Source of the DNA: Octopus vulgaris
Taxonomy: Eukaryota
Length of the DNA: 64,000 nt
NCBI GenBank assembly: GCA_951406725.2
Contig: OX597821.1
Span: forward strand, 87,420,001 to 87,484,000
Direction: 5' to 3'
In this document: positions 43,140-57,025 of the stretch, one piece after another
How positions within the stretch are numbered: position 1 is the first letter of the stretch
How the letters are laid out: every line of letters begins with the position of its first letter
The notes under the pieces: model-generated
Seen by the model: only the letters and a program-made list of their open reading frames with translations
What the model was told of the DNA's origin: nothing
Database searches by the model: none
Translations under genes and position numbers: made by a program

Positions 43140-43900
43140 CCTATTGGTTACCTATGTTTTATGCCAAGCTGAAACACGCCTTAGGAACATCAACTGACAG
43201 TATTTACCTTCGTACAAAATCAGACGGGAAACTGCTTAGTCCGTATAAATTGAGGGCGAAACCAAAGTACGCAACGTAGCCATCCAGAACGTGCCATTTA
43301 CAGATGATGCGCCTTGAATGTCAGTCTGACGAATATAAAAGTAATAGGCCAAGGTATTGAGAATTCTATTGTCATCACCACCAGTAAATCCAAACTGGGA
43401 GCGATTAACGCGAGCTCCACTGTCAAAGGTAACCTCACTCCAGAGTCTGAAATCAAAAGACATCGGAGGAGCAGCTTCAAAACCAATTAGGATTGGGAAA
43501 ACCGTAAGCTAACGGCAAGGACCAAGATTTTACTCTACAGGATTTGCATCCTCAACACCCAACTATACAGCAGTGAGACATGGAGTATTTACTCCAGATA
43601 ATAGTGTGCAGTGTCTAAATTCCCTTCACCTACACAGTCTGAGACACAAGTAGACTGACCGAATAATCAACACAGCAATTAGGTCCTGGCTCACGCACAA
43701 ATATTTAGCCTCCTCCTCTACTACAACAGTAACTCTATCGTTGTTTGGGTCATGTACACCGCACGTCAAACAGGAGGATCTGCTGCATGGTGAATTGGAC
43801 ACACTCAAGGTAAGGACTACCCATCTTCGCTTCAAAGATATCTGCAAGAGAGACATGAAGTTTCGACATGAAGAATCGATTTGGAATGTATGAAAGACAA
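43140..43900 (+). mobile_element. Decayed RTE-clade LINE fragment
   Basis: WENRKLTARTKILLYRICILNTQLYSSETWS..LGHVHR..DLLHGELD..LRFKDICKRDMK is typical of the RTE post-RT region. Confidence 0.82.
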
Positions 43901-44005
43901 AGCTGATTTCGAGGGGATTATCACTTCCCCAAATTCACTCACACACGCACCCACACATGCATATTTGTACATGTACATATTTATTACCATGCGTATACTC
44001 ATATG

Positions 44006-44078
<73 letters not shown>

Positions 44079-44743
44079 CAAAGTGGAGTTGTAGGGTACC
44101 GCACGAGTGGAATTATATACGAAAGCAGGCTTGAAAATGCAATTCTAAAAGATGTTCATTCACCTTACCGGTTTCACTCCTTGCAGAAGTGGTGATTACA
44201 TGTTGTAGAAACTGGGTTAGTCATTAAATCCAAACAAATTGGATAGTCCATATTCTTCTTCATACTGTTTAGAATTTTCTGAATCTTTTGCTGGTTCATT
44301 GCGGAAGGGTAAAATGTGAATGTCGCAAAGAAGTTTTAATTTTCTTAGAGCAGCTACAAACTAAATCAAAAAGTTATTTTCAAATTAAATCTATAATAAT
44401 ATTGTCTACATAGAACGTTCGAGTTCTTTGGTATAAGAAACTTTTCAAACAACCACCACCAACAACTGCAAACTGGAAGCAATTCACAAGAGCTCTACTG
44501 TCACTGATCACTTTTCACTCGTGAGTTTCTTGCCAAAGTGTTCAGTGGCATCTATTTGATAACAAATACGAAAATAGATATATTGTAAAAAGAAGCAGTA
44601 ACTCGTTTTCGCAGCTGTCCTCTTGTAAAACTTTCATTTAATTAATAATTCAGTTTTGAAGAATACTTTATTCTCGAAATTATTTCCCCGTTGCAAATGG
44701 TGTTGGCACCAATTCGCCAACAACCAAATACATACTTGCATCT

Positions 44744-44912
44744 GCCCGAAACGGTCGTAACTTCTGGGACTTGACTGAGGGAAGATGGCCACGAATGACC
44801 CGACTTTTTTTTCTTTTGCTTATCCTTCTACTTGTTGTTTCTCTTGTCCGCCTTGTATCGTCGAACTGTCCGAATGTTTTATTGTACCCTATTGCATTTT
44901 TGTTCCATTTAT
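44744..44912 (+). repeat. Direct repeat copy 1 (partner 45537-45705), Penelope-like terminus
   Basis: gcccgaaacggtcgt..attgcatttttgttcc followed by (TA)n in both copies. Confidence 0.8.
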
Positions 44913-45536
44913 ATATATATATATATATATACATATAGCGGCGTACGTACACACTTGTGCTCACCTTATAGTAGGTATGTATCTATATTTTGTACGACTC
45001 TTACTCTCTCTTTTATTTCCCCCTTACTTTCTTCCCTTTTTCTTTTTCTCGCTCCCCTCTCTTTCTTGACCCTCTCTTTTTTAGCTCCCACTATTTCCCA
45101 CTCGTTTATCTCCCTTGTACCTTTCTTTTGTCTCTGATTTTTTTTTCTAATCCGTCAATCCTGCTGTCTCCTACCCATTTCTCCTCCTTCCATGTGACTG
45201 GTGTCCGGCCAGCAATGATCTTTCCTTTTTGGCCTGACTGCTGACCGTCAGCACCTCTTATGTCCATCTCCTATGTTCCTGCCTTTACGCTTTCTCTTCA
45301 TACACCCCAGATCAATTTGATTCGTTCTCAGTCGAAATACACCTGGTGTTACTTTCTTGTTTATAATTCGTAATTGTGTACCATGTTCTCCATTTTTCGT
45401 CTTTTTGTGTACCCTGTTCCCCGTTTTTTTTTGTCTTTGTTGCCGTACACATTCGCTAGCTTTCCTACAAAGGGCTCTAATGCTCTTAGCTTACACTTTT
45501 TTGGGGGCAACCAGATCGAACCGTCTCAAGTGTAGC

Positions 45537-45699
45537 TGCCCGAAACGGTCGTGACTTCTGGGACTTGAGTAAGGAAAGAATGCCACGAATGACCCGTCTT
45601 ATTTTTCTTTTGCCTGTCCTTCTAATTTGTTGTTTCTCTTGTCTGCCTTGTATCGTCTATCTGTCCGAATGTTTTATTGCACTCTATTGCATTTTTGTT

Positions 45700-45705
<6 letters not shown>
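45537..45705 (+). repeat. Direct repeat copy 2
   Basis: Diverged copy of 44744-44912. Confidence 0.8.
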
Positions 45706-45773
<68 letters not shown>

Positions 45774-46090
45774 ATATATATAATTGTCATTATATATAAT
45801 TAGGAATAAGAGCTAAAAAGCTCCAATGTATACATATGTATTGTAGGTCTCCTAACACCCTAGTCATAATCAGTGACAATTATAGTTTTCTTGTTTGGTA
45901 TCACGTAGCACACGGCTGTCTATGTTAATTTACACACACACACACATACAATACATATATATATATACGTATATGAATTTATGTATCTATCTGTCTGTAT
46001 ATATACCTATATTATGTATATATATATATATATATATACCTATATTAATTTATGTATATATATCTATATTAATTTATGTATCTATCTGTT

Positions 46091-46130
<40 letters not shown>

Positions 46131-46823
46131 CGATACAGCTAGATGAAGATAATCGAGAAATATATCCACATCAAAACAAAGGCAGATGTATACATTGAAG
46201 ATGAGGCGAAATAAATTGATCACTGCAAGCCATTCTCGTAAAAGTATCAGAAATCTTAGGAATATAATCTTATAATGAAATATGGCAGCTGTGACCTAGT
46301 CGTACATGGTCTGTTAAAGGCACCAATGTTAATCTTATTCAGCCATGATTAGTTCTAATCTGTTATGCGTGCTTGGAGATCATCAGACAAATAAATTATG
46401 GTACTACAGGCCACGTATTATTGTCTCTGTAGCATGACACGTCTTTGAACATATGTCACATATTTTTGAACTTATGTTTAACATTGTGAAAAGAAAATGT
46501 CACGCATGAATGATTTAATGCCATATATTTTGGATCAAAGATCTTGGAACAAACTTTTGTTAGAAATCAAAAGCAAAGAGCAAAAAAAAAAAACAAAAAA
46601 AAAAAAAGAAACAGAAAATATTGAAAATATTTTTTCGATTCTTCTTCGATGTAAGCAAAGCAACGCTAGTTCAAGTTGCAAAACTTTCAAGACAAATTGA
46701 TATAAAATATCTCTAGAAGATTGATATAAAAACATTGAAAGAAAATTACAAAAATAACCACATACTCGTACTTACACACAAATAGTCTCAAAAACATTTC
46801 ATGATTGCTTTTTTTACATCTCG

Positions 46824-46827
<4 letters not shown>

Positions 46828-46895
<68 letters not shown>

Positions 46896-47066
46896 ATCTA
46901 TACACACATATATACACACATATATACATACATATATGTATGCACTTATAATTATGTGTATATATCCATATATATTTATATATTCACACATGCGCATATA
47001 ACACATGTATGTAGACATATATGCATCTATCTATGTATGTGTATATATAAATATATATATGTACAT

Positions 47067-47101
<35 letters not shown>

Positions 47102-47160
47102 CATACTTACACTCACACATTCGCGCATACTATATGCAAATATAAATATATGTGCGTATG

Positions 47161-47199
<39 letters not shown>

Positions 47200-47465
47200 C
47201 ATATATATATATATATATATGTACATATATACACACACATATATGTATATATATATGTATGCATATAATAAAATATATGTATACGCACATCCAAATGTAT
47301 ACACACACATATATACAAATATACATACATATATATATATATACACGTACATTTTCATGTGTGTATTACACATATATATATATATATATATACACAGACA
47401 CATATATATGTACCAATATATATGTATATACATAGAGACACACACAAAGATTGCATACATATACT
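46828..47465. repeat. Degenerate (TA)n/(CA)n low-complexity tract
   Basis: Direct. Confidence 0.9.
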
Positions 47466-47917
47466 TTAAAACAAATTGAACAACAATTCTTGTCTGATCG
47501 GCAACGAGATGAGGGGGAAACATGTTTTTCTATATTCTTCTAGAACTGACTTGCACACTCCAATGAAAAATTGCTTGTGGAAGTATACTAGCAAGCAAGT
47601 TTTATATAGATTTTATTGTTTAAGTGAATGCTACCGGATTGGTTGACCTTGCCTAAGGTTTCCTGCGAAATATAAAAGATAAAAAGACGGTTCTTGAGGA
47701 ATTGCTACATTAACAGCAATTGAAGAAATGAAACGTTGTTTGTTTCACTTCAGGAATGAGATTTCTCTGATGCATCGTGAAGCACAGCGGGTTTGTTCTG
47801 AGACTAGAATTTCGCTCCGTTTATTTTCTTTCTGCAGGATGAAATTCCACAAGTCATATTGTCAATAAGTGATTGCGATTGCCGTTATCATTAATGGCTT
47901 GCAGTAGTAGTGGCAAA

Positions 47918-47991
<74 letters not shown>

Positions 47992-48128
47992 CATTATTAC
48001 TGTTACTATTATTATTATTATCATTATCATCATTATTCAATGAAATAAGTACTAGTTGTGCACTGGGGTTCATGTTATCGACTTACACCGGCTACCGAAA
48101 TTGCTGGCCTTGTGCCAAAATTTGAAAC

Positions 48129-48185
<57 letters not shown>

Positions 48186-48332
48186 TGTTACTATTATTAT
48201 TATCATTATCATCATTATTCAATGAAATAAGTACTAGTTGTGCACTGGGGTTCATGTTATCGACTTACACTGGCTCCCGAAATTGCTGGCCTTGTGCCAA
48301 CATTTGAAACCATTATTATTATTATTATTATT
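47918..48332 (+). repeat. Tandem duplication (~182-bp unit) of a SINE-C type-2 tail plus (ATT)n
   Basis: caatgaaataagtactagttgtgcactggggttcatgttatcgacttacac..ttgtgccaa.atttgaaacca occurs at ~48038-48130 and ~48220-48312. Confidence 0.9.
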
Positions 48333-49261
48333 ATCAGCATCAGTAGCAGCGACAGTAGTGGTGGTGGTGGTAGTAGTAGTAGTAGTAGTGGTAGTAGTAG
48401 CAGTAGTAGTAGTTGTAGTTGCAGCAACACTTATTGCGGTAATTGTCGTGTGATGCCTCTCATTTTAGGTTTTTGTTTAGGGCTGCTGTATTTTATATAT
48501 CTTGTCTAAGACTTTGTTGATGTGCACTGCATTGCTATTATAAAGTGTTTGATGTTTATGCTATGTGTGTGTGTGTGTGTGTGTGCATGTACCTATATGT
48601 GTGGATGCGCTTGTATGCACGAAGCTAGTAGTTTCTAAATAAGTGTGTTGTGTAATATCGTTATTCGTGTGGCAATAGTTTTAAAACGTTGTTCATGTAA
48701 TATCATTGTTATTGTTTTTGTATACAGCGTGTATAATTAAATGACATGCAATTTTTAAATTACGTGCCTATAAGTCCTGATTAACCTAGTCAAGGTTAAC
48801 TTTATATTCATATTATTGGAGTCGATAAAACAATTGTTTGTAACACACAGAGGTCATTTCAATTGACAGGAAATCTGTGTCCGTCTGTCAAAGTTTTAAA
48901 TCAATATCATTGTTACTCTAGTCGTTAATAATATAATATAATTAAATGCTGTTGAAAATATATTGTAATTTAATGAGTTAGTCTTCAGAAAAAGGTTATC
49001 CTGTTATCGTTATGAGCAGGGTTACTAATACTGGTTATCCATCACCCTACATAAAATCGGGGTTTTTTCATTAGCCATCTATCTTTCTGTGTTAGAAGAA
49101 TGAAATATGTATAGAAAATGCGTGTTCTGACTATCAACAGCTGTTTCAAGAATGCACAGAACGGTGACTATAATAAAACTTCAATCCTTTGTATTTTGGA
49201 CAGTATTGGATCATTTTAAATGTACACATTAAACAGTAGTCCTTACAGATACCTTAGACTG

Positions 49262-49570
49262 CTCTCGCCTCGGTGGTTAGGGCGTTGGGCTCACAGCCAT
49301 GAGGTAGTGAGTTCGACTCCCGAATTTATTTCCCGTTGCTCCAATTCACTCAGCTGTGGAAATGAATCGCGACGTCATTGGTGTCAAGCTGTACAGGCCT
49401 TTGCCTTTCCCTTCGATAAAATTGGCGGCGGGGAGAGTGTGGGAGCTGGTATGGATTGGCCACTGCTCGTCGCCCATATACAACCTTGTCCGGACTTGTT
49501 CTTGGTAGGGGAACTTTCTAGAGCAAACCCCATGACCATTCATGACCAAAGGGGGTATTTACCCTTTACT
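49262..49570 (+). mobile_element. tRNA-headed SINE, a fourth family (D)
   Basis: A-box ggtggttaggg, B-box gagttcgactcc, tail tttaccctttac; body differs from A, B and C. Confidence 0.6.
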
Positions 49571-49759
49571 CATAAAATAATATTCCACTTATAGATAGCG
49601 AATTAAATGACCCTTTGCTTTAGCGATATTGCTTTAAATTTAAAAGCAAAAAGAATATAAATGTAAATTAGGTAAAAATAAACGCTGAACATTCGTAAGG
49701 TCGCTTCAAAAGTTCTTTTACTGCAATCTAAATCAGTAATATTTGCAGTGAATGTTTAC

Positions 49760-50140
49760 TGGAAGCACTCCGTCGGTTACGACGACGAAGGTTCCGGTTG
49801 ATCCGAATCAACGGAACAGCCTGCCCGTGAAATTAACGTGTAAGTGGCTGAGCACTCCACAGACACGTGCACCCTTAACGTAGTTCTCGGGGATATTCAG
49901 CGTGACACAGAGAGTGACAAGGCCAGCCCTTTGAAATACAGGTACAACAGAAATAGGAAGTAAGAGTGAGAGAAAGTTGTGGTGAAAGAGTACAGCAGGG
50001 ATCACCACCATCCCCTGCCGGAGCCACGTGGAGCTTTAGGTGTTTTCGCTCAATAAACATTCACAACGCCCGGTCTGGGAATCGAAACCGCGATCCTATG
50101 ACCGCGAGTCCGCTGCCCTAACCACTGGGCCATTGCGCCT
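49760..50140 (-). mobile_element. SINE family A, full length
   Basis: Near-identical to 1592-1976; flanked by tgaatgttta. Confidence 0.92.
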
Positions 50141-51711
50141 GTTTATGAATGTTTATCCGTTTATTCAGTCATTCAGCTAGATTACGAGTTGTCGTTCGTG
50201 CATTTTTTCGGTTACAATCTTTCCTATGTGCCAAAATGACAGGATGGTGTAAAGAAATAAAATACAATATATATTTGGAAAGGAAATACGTGTTCATAAA
50301 TAAACAAAACAACTAAAAAAAAAAAAGGGCTCTTAAAGATTTAGCTCCAAAGTTTTCTTTATTGATAAAGAAAAATATTTGAATGAAACTGATAGAGCTA
50401 AGTCCTTGTAATCTACGGGAATATGTAATAAAGGACTGGTTAGGCTTATTCTTTGCGTTATCAACATTTAGAACTGATTAAATGCAACATACTTATTATG
50501 TAAGCTGTTATTTGAGTTAAATCCTTATCTAATGAGATAGAAATAGAAGAAGGCAGCTGTGAAGAAACATCGACTGCAAGTTTTTCTGATTTTGTAGATA
50601 TAAAAGGAAGCTGGTAGGTATAATGTAAAAGTGGAAGAAGAAAACGGGAGTGCTTAACATACGCTCACGAATTGTTAACGCTGAAGAAATAAAACTTTTT
50701 TTGTGTAGCGCATGCAAGCAGGAAGCCCTATTGTAAAAGAAAAAACAAACAAACAAACAAATAAAAAACCCCCCAAAAAGCATCATTGAAGCCAGGTTTT
50801 AAAGATCAGCTAACATTGTTTGATTGCATTGCAATTTAAAACTTCATTTGAAGAGTTAATACCCGTGCTTGTACTTCTTATCGAAAATGAAAAGACACTT
50901 TCGAGCTCCATAACAGCTACACTTCTTAGAAAGTAAATAAAAATGCTTGAGCTACCACTTCCTGAATGAAGATAAGTCTTCACATCACTTTGTATCTGAT
51001 CCCATTTCTTGTGCTGCTCATACACAAATGTTAGATTACAGTTTATGCTGTAAAATGCAACATAACTTTTACAACCTTTGGACGAATGTGTGTTTCCAGT
51101 ATTTAAAGTATATTATCTTCGGCTCATATTTGATCAGTTAATAAATACTATTGATTAGGAAGGAAACCCAAAATGAAAAGAATTCAGGAAATCATCAATG
51201 TTCTCAGTACTGCAGCAATATTAAAGGACCCGGGAACAAATTACAGAGAAAAATATGGAAGACGGTTGGAACAAATTCTTCATTCAATTCATCGATAATT
51301 TTGAAGGATTGGAAGAACCAATAGATTTTGTAAAAAACGAAACAGAAGCAATCATTGATATTGCTAATCGATTACGTTTTTGAGGTTTCTACGAATGACA
51401 AATTATCTGTTTCAGTCATAGAAACTACAGCTCACAAACGGAGGCCTTATTGGAATGAAAGAAATTAATGGAAAAAAAAAAAAAAGCTAAAGAGATCTAA
51501 ACCATGTTAATTCTTTGACGAAGTTTTCGCATATTCAAATAGCTTTTTTATATTTTCGAATTCTCAGATTAAAATTTTGAGCAAAGTAGACAAATTACAG
51601 GTCTGAATAAATGTCACGATTGCTATTGGGAATTATGGAGACTAGAAATAACGGTCACTGGAGCAAGGAACTCTTGACACAAAGTGATTCCTACTTCACT
51701 CGAATCAAATA

Positions 51712-51925
51712 CTGGTTTCAAATTTTGGCACATGGTCAGCAATTTCGAGTGAGTGGGTAAGCCGTTTACATCGATCCCATTGCTCAACTGGTACTTATTT
51801 TATCGAACCCCGAAAGGATTAAAAGCAAAGTCGGCCTCGGCAACATTTGAGCTCAGAACATAAGGACGAACGAAATGCTCCTAAACATTTCGTCCAGTGT
51901 GCTAACGATTGCCAGCTCGCCAGCT
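51712..51925 (-). mobile_element. SINE-C (tail type 2)
   Basis: ggtttcaaattttggcaca..aaagtcggcctcggc..gtgctaacga. Confidence 0.8.
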
Positions 51926-52324
51926 TTCACGAACCAAATATTAGTTACAAACTAGCACCGAGAGATCAACTCAAAACTAGCGGCAAAGCAACACCAAGTA
52001 GCAGAAAAAAGTACCCCTAGTGCCAATTGATTGTTTATTATTATAATAAAAGAGTTATTTCATATAAATGAGGTATTAAATACTTGGTTATACATACTGA
52101 TACCAAATCCTATCAGCAAGAACGTAAAATTACTTCAATGTGAATTATTCTCTCAATTAACAATCGCGACTTAACGACTTGACATTTAGAACCAATTAGA
52201 TCGTTAAGTCGAGGTATATTGTATAATATTCATCATGTTGGTGGGATATGAAGAAAAGCGGCAGATCATGTTTCTCTCTCTTAAAACCGCAGTGATGGCT
52301 TTTAATATCCAGTAGCTATATCTA

Positions 52325-52332
52325 TATCATCA

Positions 52333-52427
<95 letters not shown>

Positions 52428-52434
52428 GTTATTA

Positions 52435-52529
<95 letters not shown>

Positions 52530-52625
52530 GTTATTATTATTATTATTATTATTATTACAGTTATTATTATTATTATTATAGTTATTATTATTATTATTAT
52601 AGTTATTATTATTATTATTATTATA

Positions 52626-52702
<77 letters not shown>

Positions 52703-52767
52703 CATTATTATTATTATTATCATTATTATTATCATTATTATTATTATTATTATTATCATTATTATTA

Positions 52768-52820
<53 letters not shown>
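52325..52820. repeat. (ATT)n microsatellite, ~500 bp, with ATC/AGT interruptions
   Basis: Direct. Confidence 0.95.
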
Positions 52821-52825
<5 letters not shown>

Positions 52826-53662
52826 TGTTATACTATTATATTATTTATGTATATATTATGCTATTGCTGCATTCATAGTTTACGAAATAATTTTATCATA
52901 TAAGAGAATTAATTACAACCATTAGCTATGGATGAATTTACTGTTTAATAATTTCGCCATATAAATTAATTATATCTATTTGTTATGGCTGCATTCAAAG
53001 TATAATAGCATGACCATATAAGTTAATTATATCCATTAGTTATGGCTGCAATAAAATTTCTACTATATATTATTTGAATTTTAGTTTCTTGCATGGCAGG
53101 TAAGAAAGTGGATATTTGGTGCACGGGAGACGGTAACAGTGGCAGTATGGAATGCATCAGAGTTACAACAGTGTATGGCATGGAAGGAGCCAATAAGGAG
53201 TATGTGTATGCGGTGTGGAGATGGTGGTTGTGGTGTGTGTGTATGTGTGTGTGTGTGTAAAAGATGAAGTAATAGAGAGAGATAAGAGGGTGAGGAAACA
53301 CAAGTGACTGAATGAAGATAGTAACGGAGAGAAGTGGACACAAGGAAGGATGAAGAGGAAAATGTTATTATGTATGTATATGCATGCATTATATGTATAT
53401 GTATACTTATAAAGACTAGAGAGAATAGAGGTGCAAAGAGATAGAGAAGAGGAAAGCGTAAAAAGTGGGAAGGAGGGAGTGAGAGAGAGAGAGAGAGAGA
53501 GAGAAGAGGAAAGCGTAAAAAGTGTGGAAGAGGGAGAGAGAGAGAAGAGAGAAATATAAGAAAACAAGAGAAAGATAAGAATATAATGAAATAAAAGACA
53601 GGAATAGAGACGAACAGGAGAAATAAAATAGAGAATATAATATATGGGGAGATTGTAAGTGA

Positions 53663-53694
<32 letters not shown>

Positions 53695-53868
53695 AGAGAA
53701 TAGAGAAAACATGAAATGAACGATAACAACACAGAAAATCAGATGGAGGAGCTAGAGACATAGATAATGTCACGGAGGAACGGAGTCAGAAAGAGAAAAT
53801 AATGAATGATAGAAATACATACGGAAAAGAGAAACAAACAGTGAAATATGACAGGGAGATAGATAGAC

Positions 53869-53951
<83 letters not shown>

Positions 53952-54311
53952 GAAATGAGAGAGGAGTGAGGAAGTGAGGGCAAAAATGGCTAAATACTAA
54001 ATTGATCAATTTCTCTCCGTTTATCAACCACCTCACACCTCACGCTAATTACACGGTGCTATACAACAAGCATCGCTCATAATTGAGCAAACTCTCTAAA
54101 ATGGCTTAAGTGAATGCCAACCACTTGTTCAATGTTGAGCCTTTGGCAAAATGAGGGAGAGTTTTGATGAGATAATTAGAGGAAAAGACCCGAGGCAGAA
54201 ACTGGGAACAATATTTGTTGTGGTTAATGATTCTTTTTCTAAAGTACTTTCAGTCTAGATATCGGGGATTTAGGATTTAAAGCCTCTCTTAAGAGGGGAT
54301 AATGTGTGTCA

Positions 54312-54540
<229 letters not shown>

Positions 54541-55741
54541 ACACACATGTAAGTATATGTGTATATAAAACATGTATATATATGTGTGTATGTATATATT
54601 AAAATGTATGTGTTGAATATCGGTGTGAGTGCACGTGCTTGTGCATCTTTGCAATTTTTTTCCTTTTTATGACTCTTCTCTAACTCGTTGGAAATACGAT
54701 GTTAATTATGTATGTACACACATATAAATAGAGACATGCATGCATACATACATACATACATGAAACCGTTATACATACACACATTTATATGACATATGAC
54801 ATATATATATATATATATATATATGCATATATACATTTTCATATATGCTAATACGGGAATTCATATACACACGTATATACATATATCTTTTCACATGTAC
54901 GCGTATATTTCCATATATATACATATATGTATATACAGTCATACACACACATATATACATACATTATCTATCTGTACATTATTTACATAACGTATCGGCT
55001 GATATACTCTCCAGTCTTCATGAGATGTCTTGGAGAAATTTCGAACCTGCGTTCTCATTCCCAAGGTATCGTTCGATATTATTATTATCATTAATGTACA
55101 TAATTCCTCATCTCTTAAATAGGTATTATCTACCTATCTACATGAAATATAAACACGTATACAAACATATATTCCTCCATGCCTAAATGATAGACGTCAA
55201 CTTGTATTCGCGTACGACTACCTCCAGGACATAGGTGCTTATCTTGCACTGTTGAGTAAGACAAGCTGCTGGCAAATATCTTCATCACTATAGTTAGGGA
55301 AGAAAGACAAATGACCAATATCCCAAGTTTTCGATGTACAAGATTGAAATTACACACTTCCAGCCAACCAAGTCAAAAATTTCTATTGCTCTTCATCGCC
55401 GCCCCTTGCGAGAGATCCCATTTCTCGTGAGAGCTCCATAGTATATATTCCAAGAAGTTCCCGTGTATAAATTAATGAAACTGACAGACGCGTACACAGA
55501 ACCCGCACATACATTTTAGATAGACCAGCTTTCCACCCGGTGGCTCAGCATAGCCTGAGATGATCAAAAGCTGAACTCACCGCAGATTTTTTTATCAATG
55601 AGCCCTTCTTGTAAAATACTTTAACATGAAGTAGGGTCCATTTACTATCAGGTGTCCTTGCAGCTCGCTCATTCACCTCAACGCGTATTTCTATGTCCAT
55701 GTTTAGTCCCGTTTAGTCTTACTTGGTAGGTTCATCCTGTG

Positions 55742-56497
55742 AAGGTGCTTGACTTAGTGGTTAGGGTATTCGGCTAACGATCGCAAGATCATGAGTTCAA
55801 TTCTCGGCGCTGCTTTGTGTCCTTCGGCAAGACACTATTTTTTACGTTGCTCCGGTCAATTCAGCTGTCAAGAAAGAAATGCACCTGTATTTTAAAAGGT
55901 CCAGCCTTGTCACAATCTGTGTCACGCCGAATCTCTCTGTGAACTACGTTAAGGGTACACGTTTCTTATTTCTTTATTGCCCACAAGGGGCTAAACATAG
56001 AGGAGAGAAACAAGGACAGACAAACGGATTAAGTCGATTACATTGACCCAAGTGCGTAACTGGTACTTAATTTATCAACCCCGAAAGGATGAAAGGCAAA
56101 CTCGACCTCGTCAGAATTTGAACTCAGAACGTAACGGCAGACGAAATACCTACTTCTTTACTACCCACAAGGGATTAAACACAGAGGGGACAAACAAGGA
56201 TAGACAAACGGATTAAGTCGATTACATCGACCCCAGTGCGTAAATGGTACTTAATTTAATGACCCCGAAAGGATGAAAGGCAAATCGACCTGGGCGGAAT
56301 TTGAACTCAGAACGTAGCGGCAGACGAAATACGGCTACGCATTTCGCCCGGCGTGCTAACGTTTCTGCCAGTTCACCGCCTTTTAAGGGTACACGTTTAT
56401 GTGGAGTGTTCAGCTTCCTGTATGTTAATTTCACGAGTAGACTGTTCCATCGATCAGATCAACTGGAACCCTCGTCGTCGTAACCGTCGGAGTGCCA
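55742..56497 (+). mobile_element. Older A-related SINE split by a SINE-C dimer
   Basis: tRNA head at 55745-55810; body to 55964 resumes at 56383 and ends ctcgtcgtcgtaaccgtcggagtgcc. Confidence 0.85.
55965..56382 (-). mobile_element. Dimeric SINE-C with 16-bp TSD
   Basis: Full unit plus 5'-truncated unit; TSD ttaagggtacacgttt at 55949-55964 and 56383-56398. Confidence 0.92.
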
Positions 56498-56723
56498 GTT
56501 AAAGTCAGGTTCATCCGTCTTCTGATAGGTATTGTATTATATTTGTTTCTGCTCAGTTTTTAGCAACCCTCCTATAAATATATGTGAACAGAGTGAATCA
56601 TCATAATGCGATACACAATGGTCAGTTTCATAGGATGGGAAAATTATTTTACGTAAGAGAAGGGACCGAAAAGTGGTTGATGATGATTCCGATGTTGCCC
56701 GGGTGTGGTGATAAGGATGTTGG

Positions 56724-57025
56724 CTACGATACTGCAACAGATGTTGCTGCTGCTGCTGCTGCTGCTGTTGTTGTTGTTAAGCAACAAGATGGGTAAGGGT
56801 GATTAGGTGATGGTCTAGGGCTTAGGGGTGGGAGACCCCAGACCTTGGAAAAATAAAACTTCGGTCGTCTTGCTGTAGTTGAGGGCTCTTCGTTGACGCC
56901 CGACACCACTGGGAGGTGGCCCTCGAAGTCGCTGGAAATGGAGATCTCCAGGTCCAAATTCTTGAACGGATGCTGCTGCTGATGAGGATGATGATGTTCT
57001 TGATAATGATGATGATGATGATGAG
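56724..57025 (-). CDS. Candidate exon of an unidentified host gene (His/Gln-rich, disordered)
   Basis: HHHHHHYQEHHHPHQQQHPFKNLDLEISISSDFEGHLPVVSGVNEEPSTTARRPKFYF; 23 of the 27 codons K..P end in G/C in an AT-rich background; no recognised domain; exon boundaries uncertain. Confidence 0.4.

Noticed and set aside
55130-55720. Possible decayed RT on the minus strand (AFD-like tripeptide)
   Set aside because: No second supporting motif could be read
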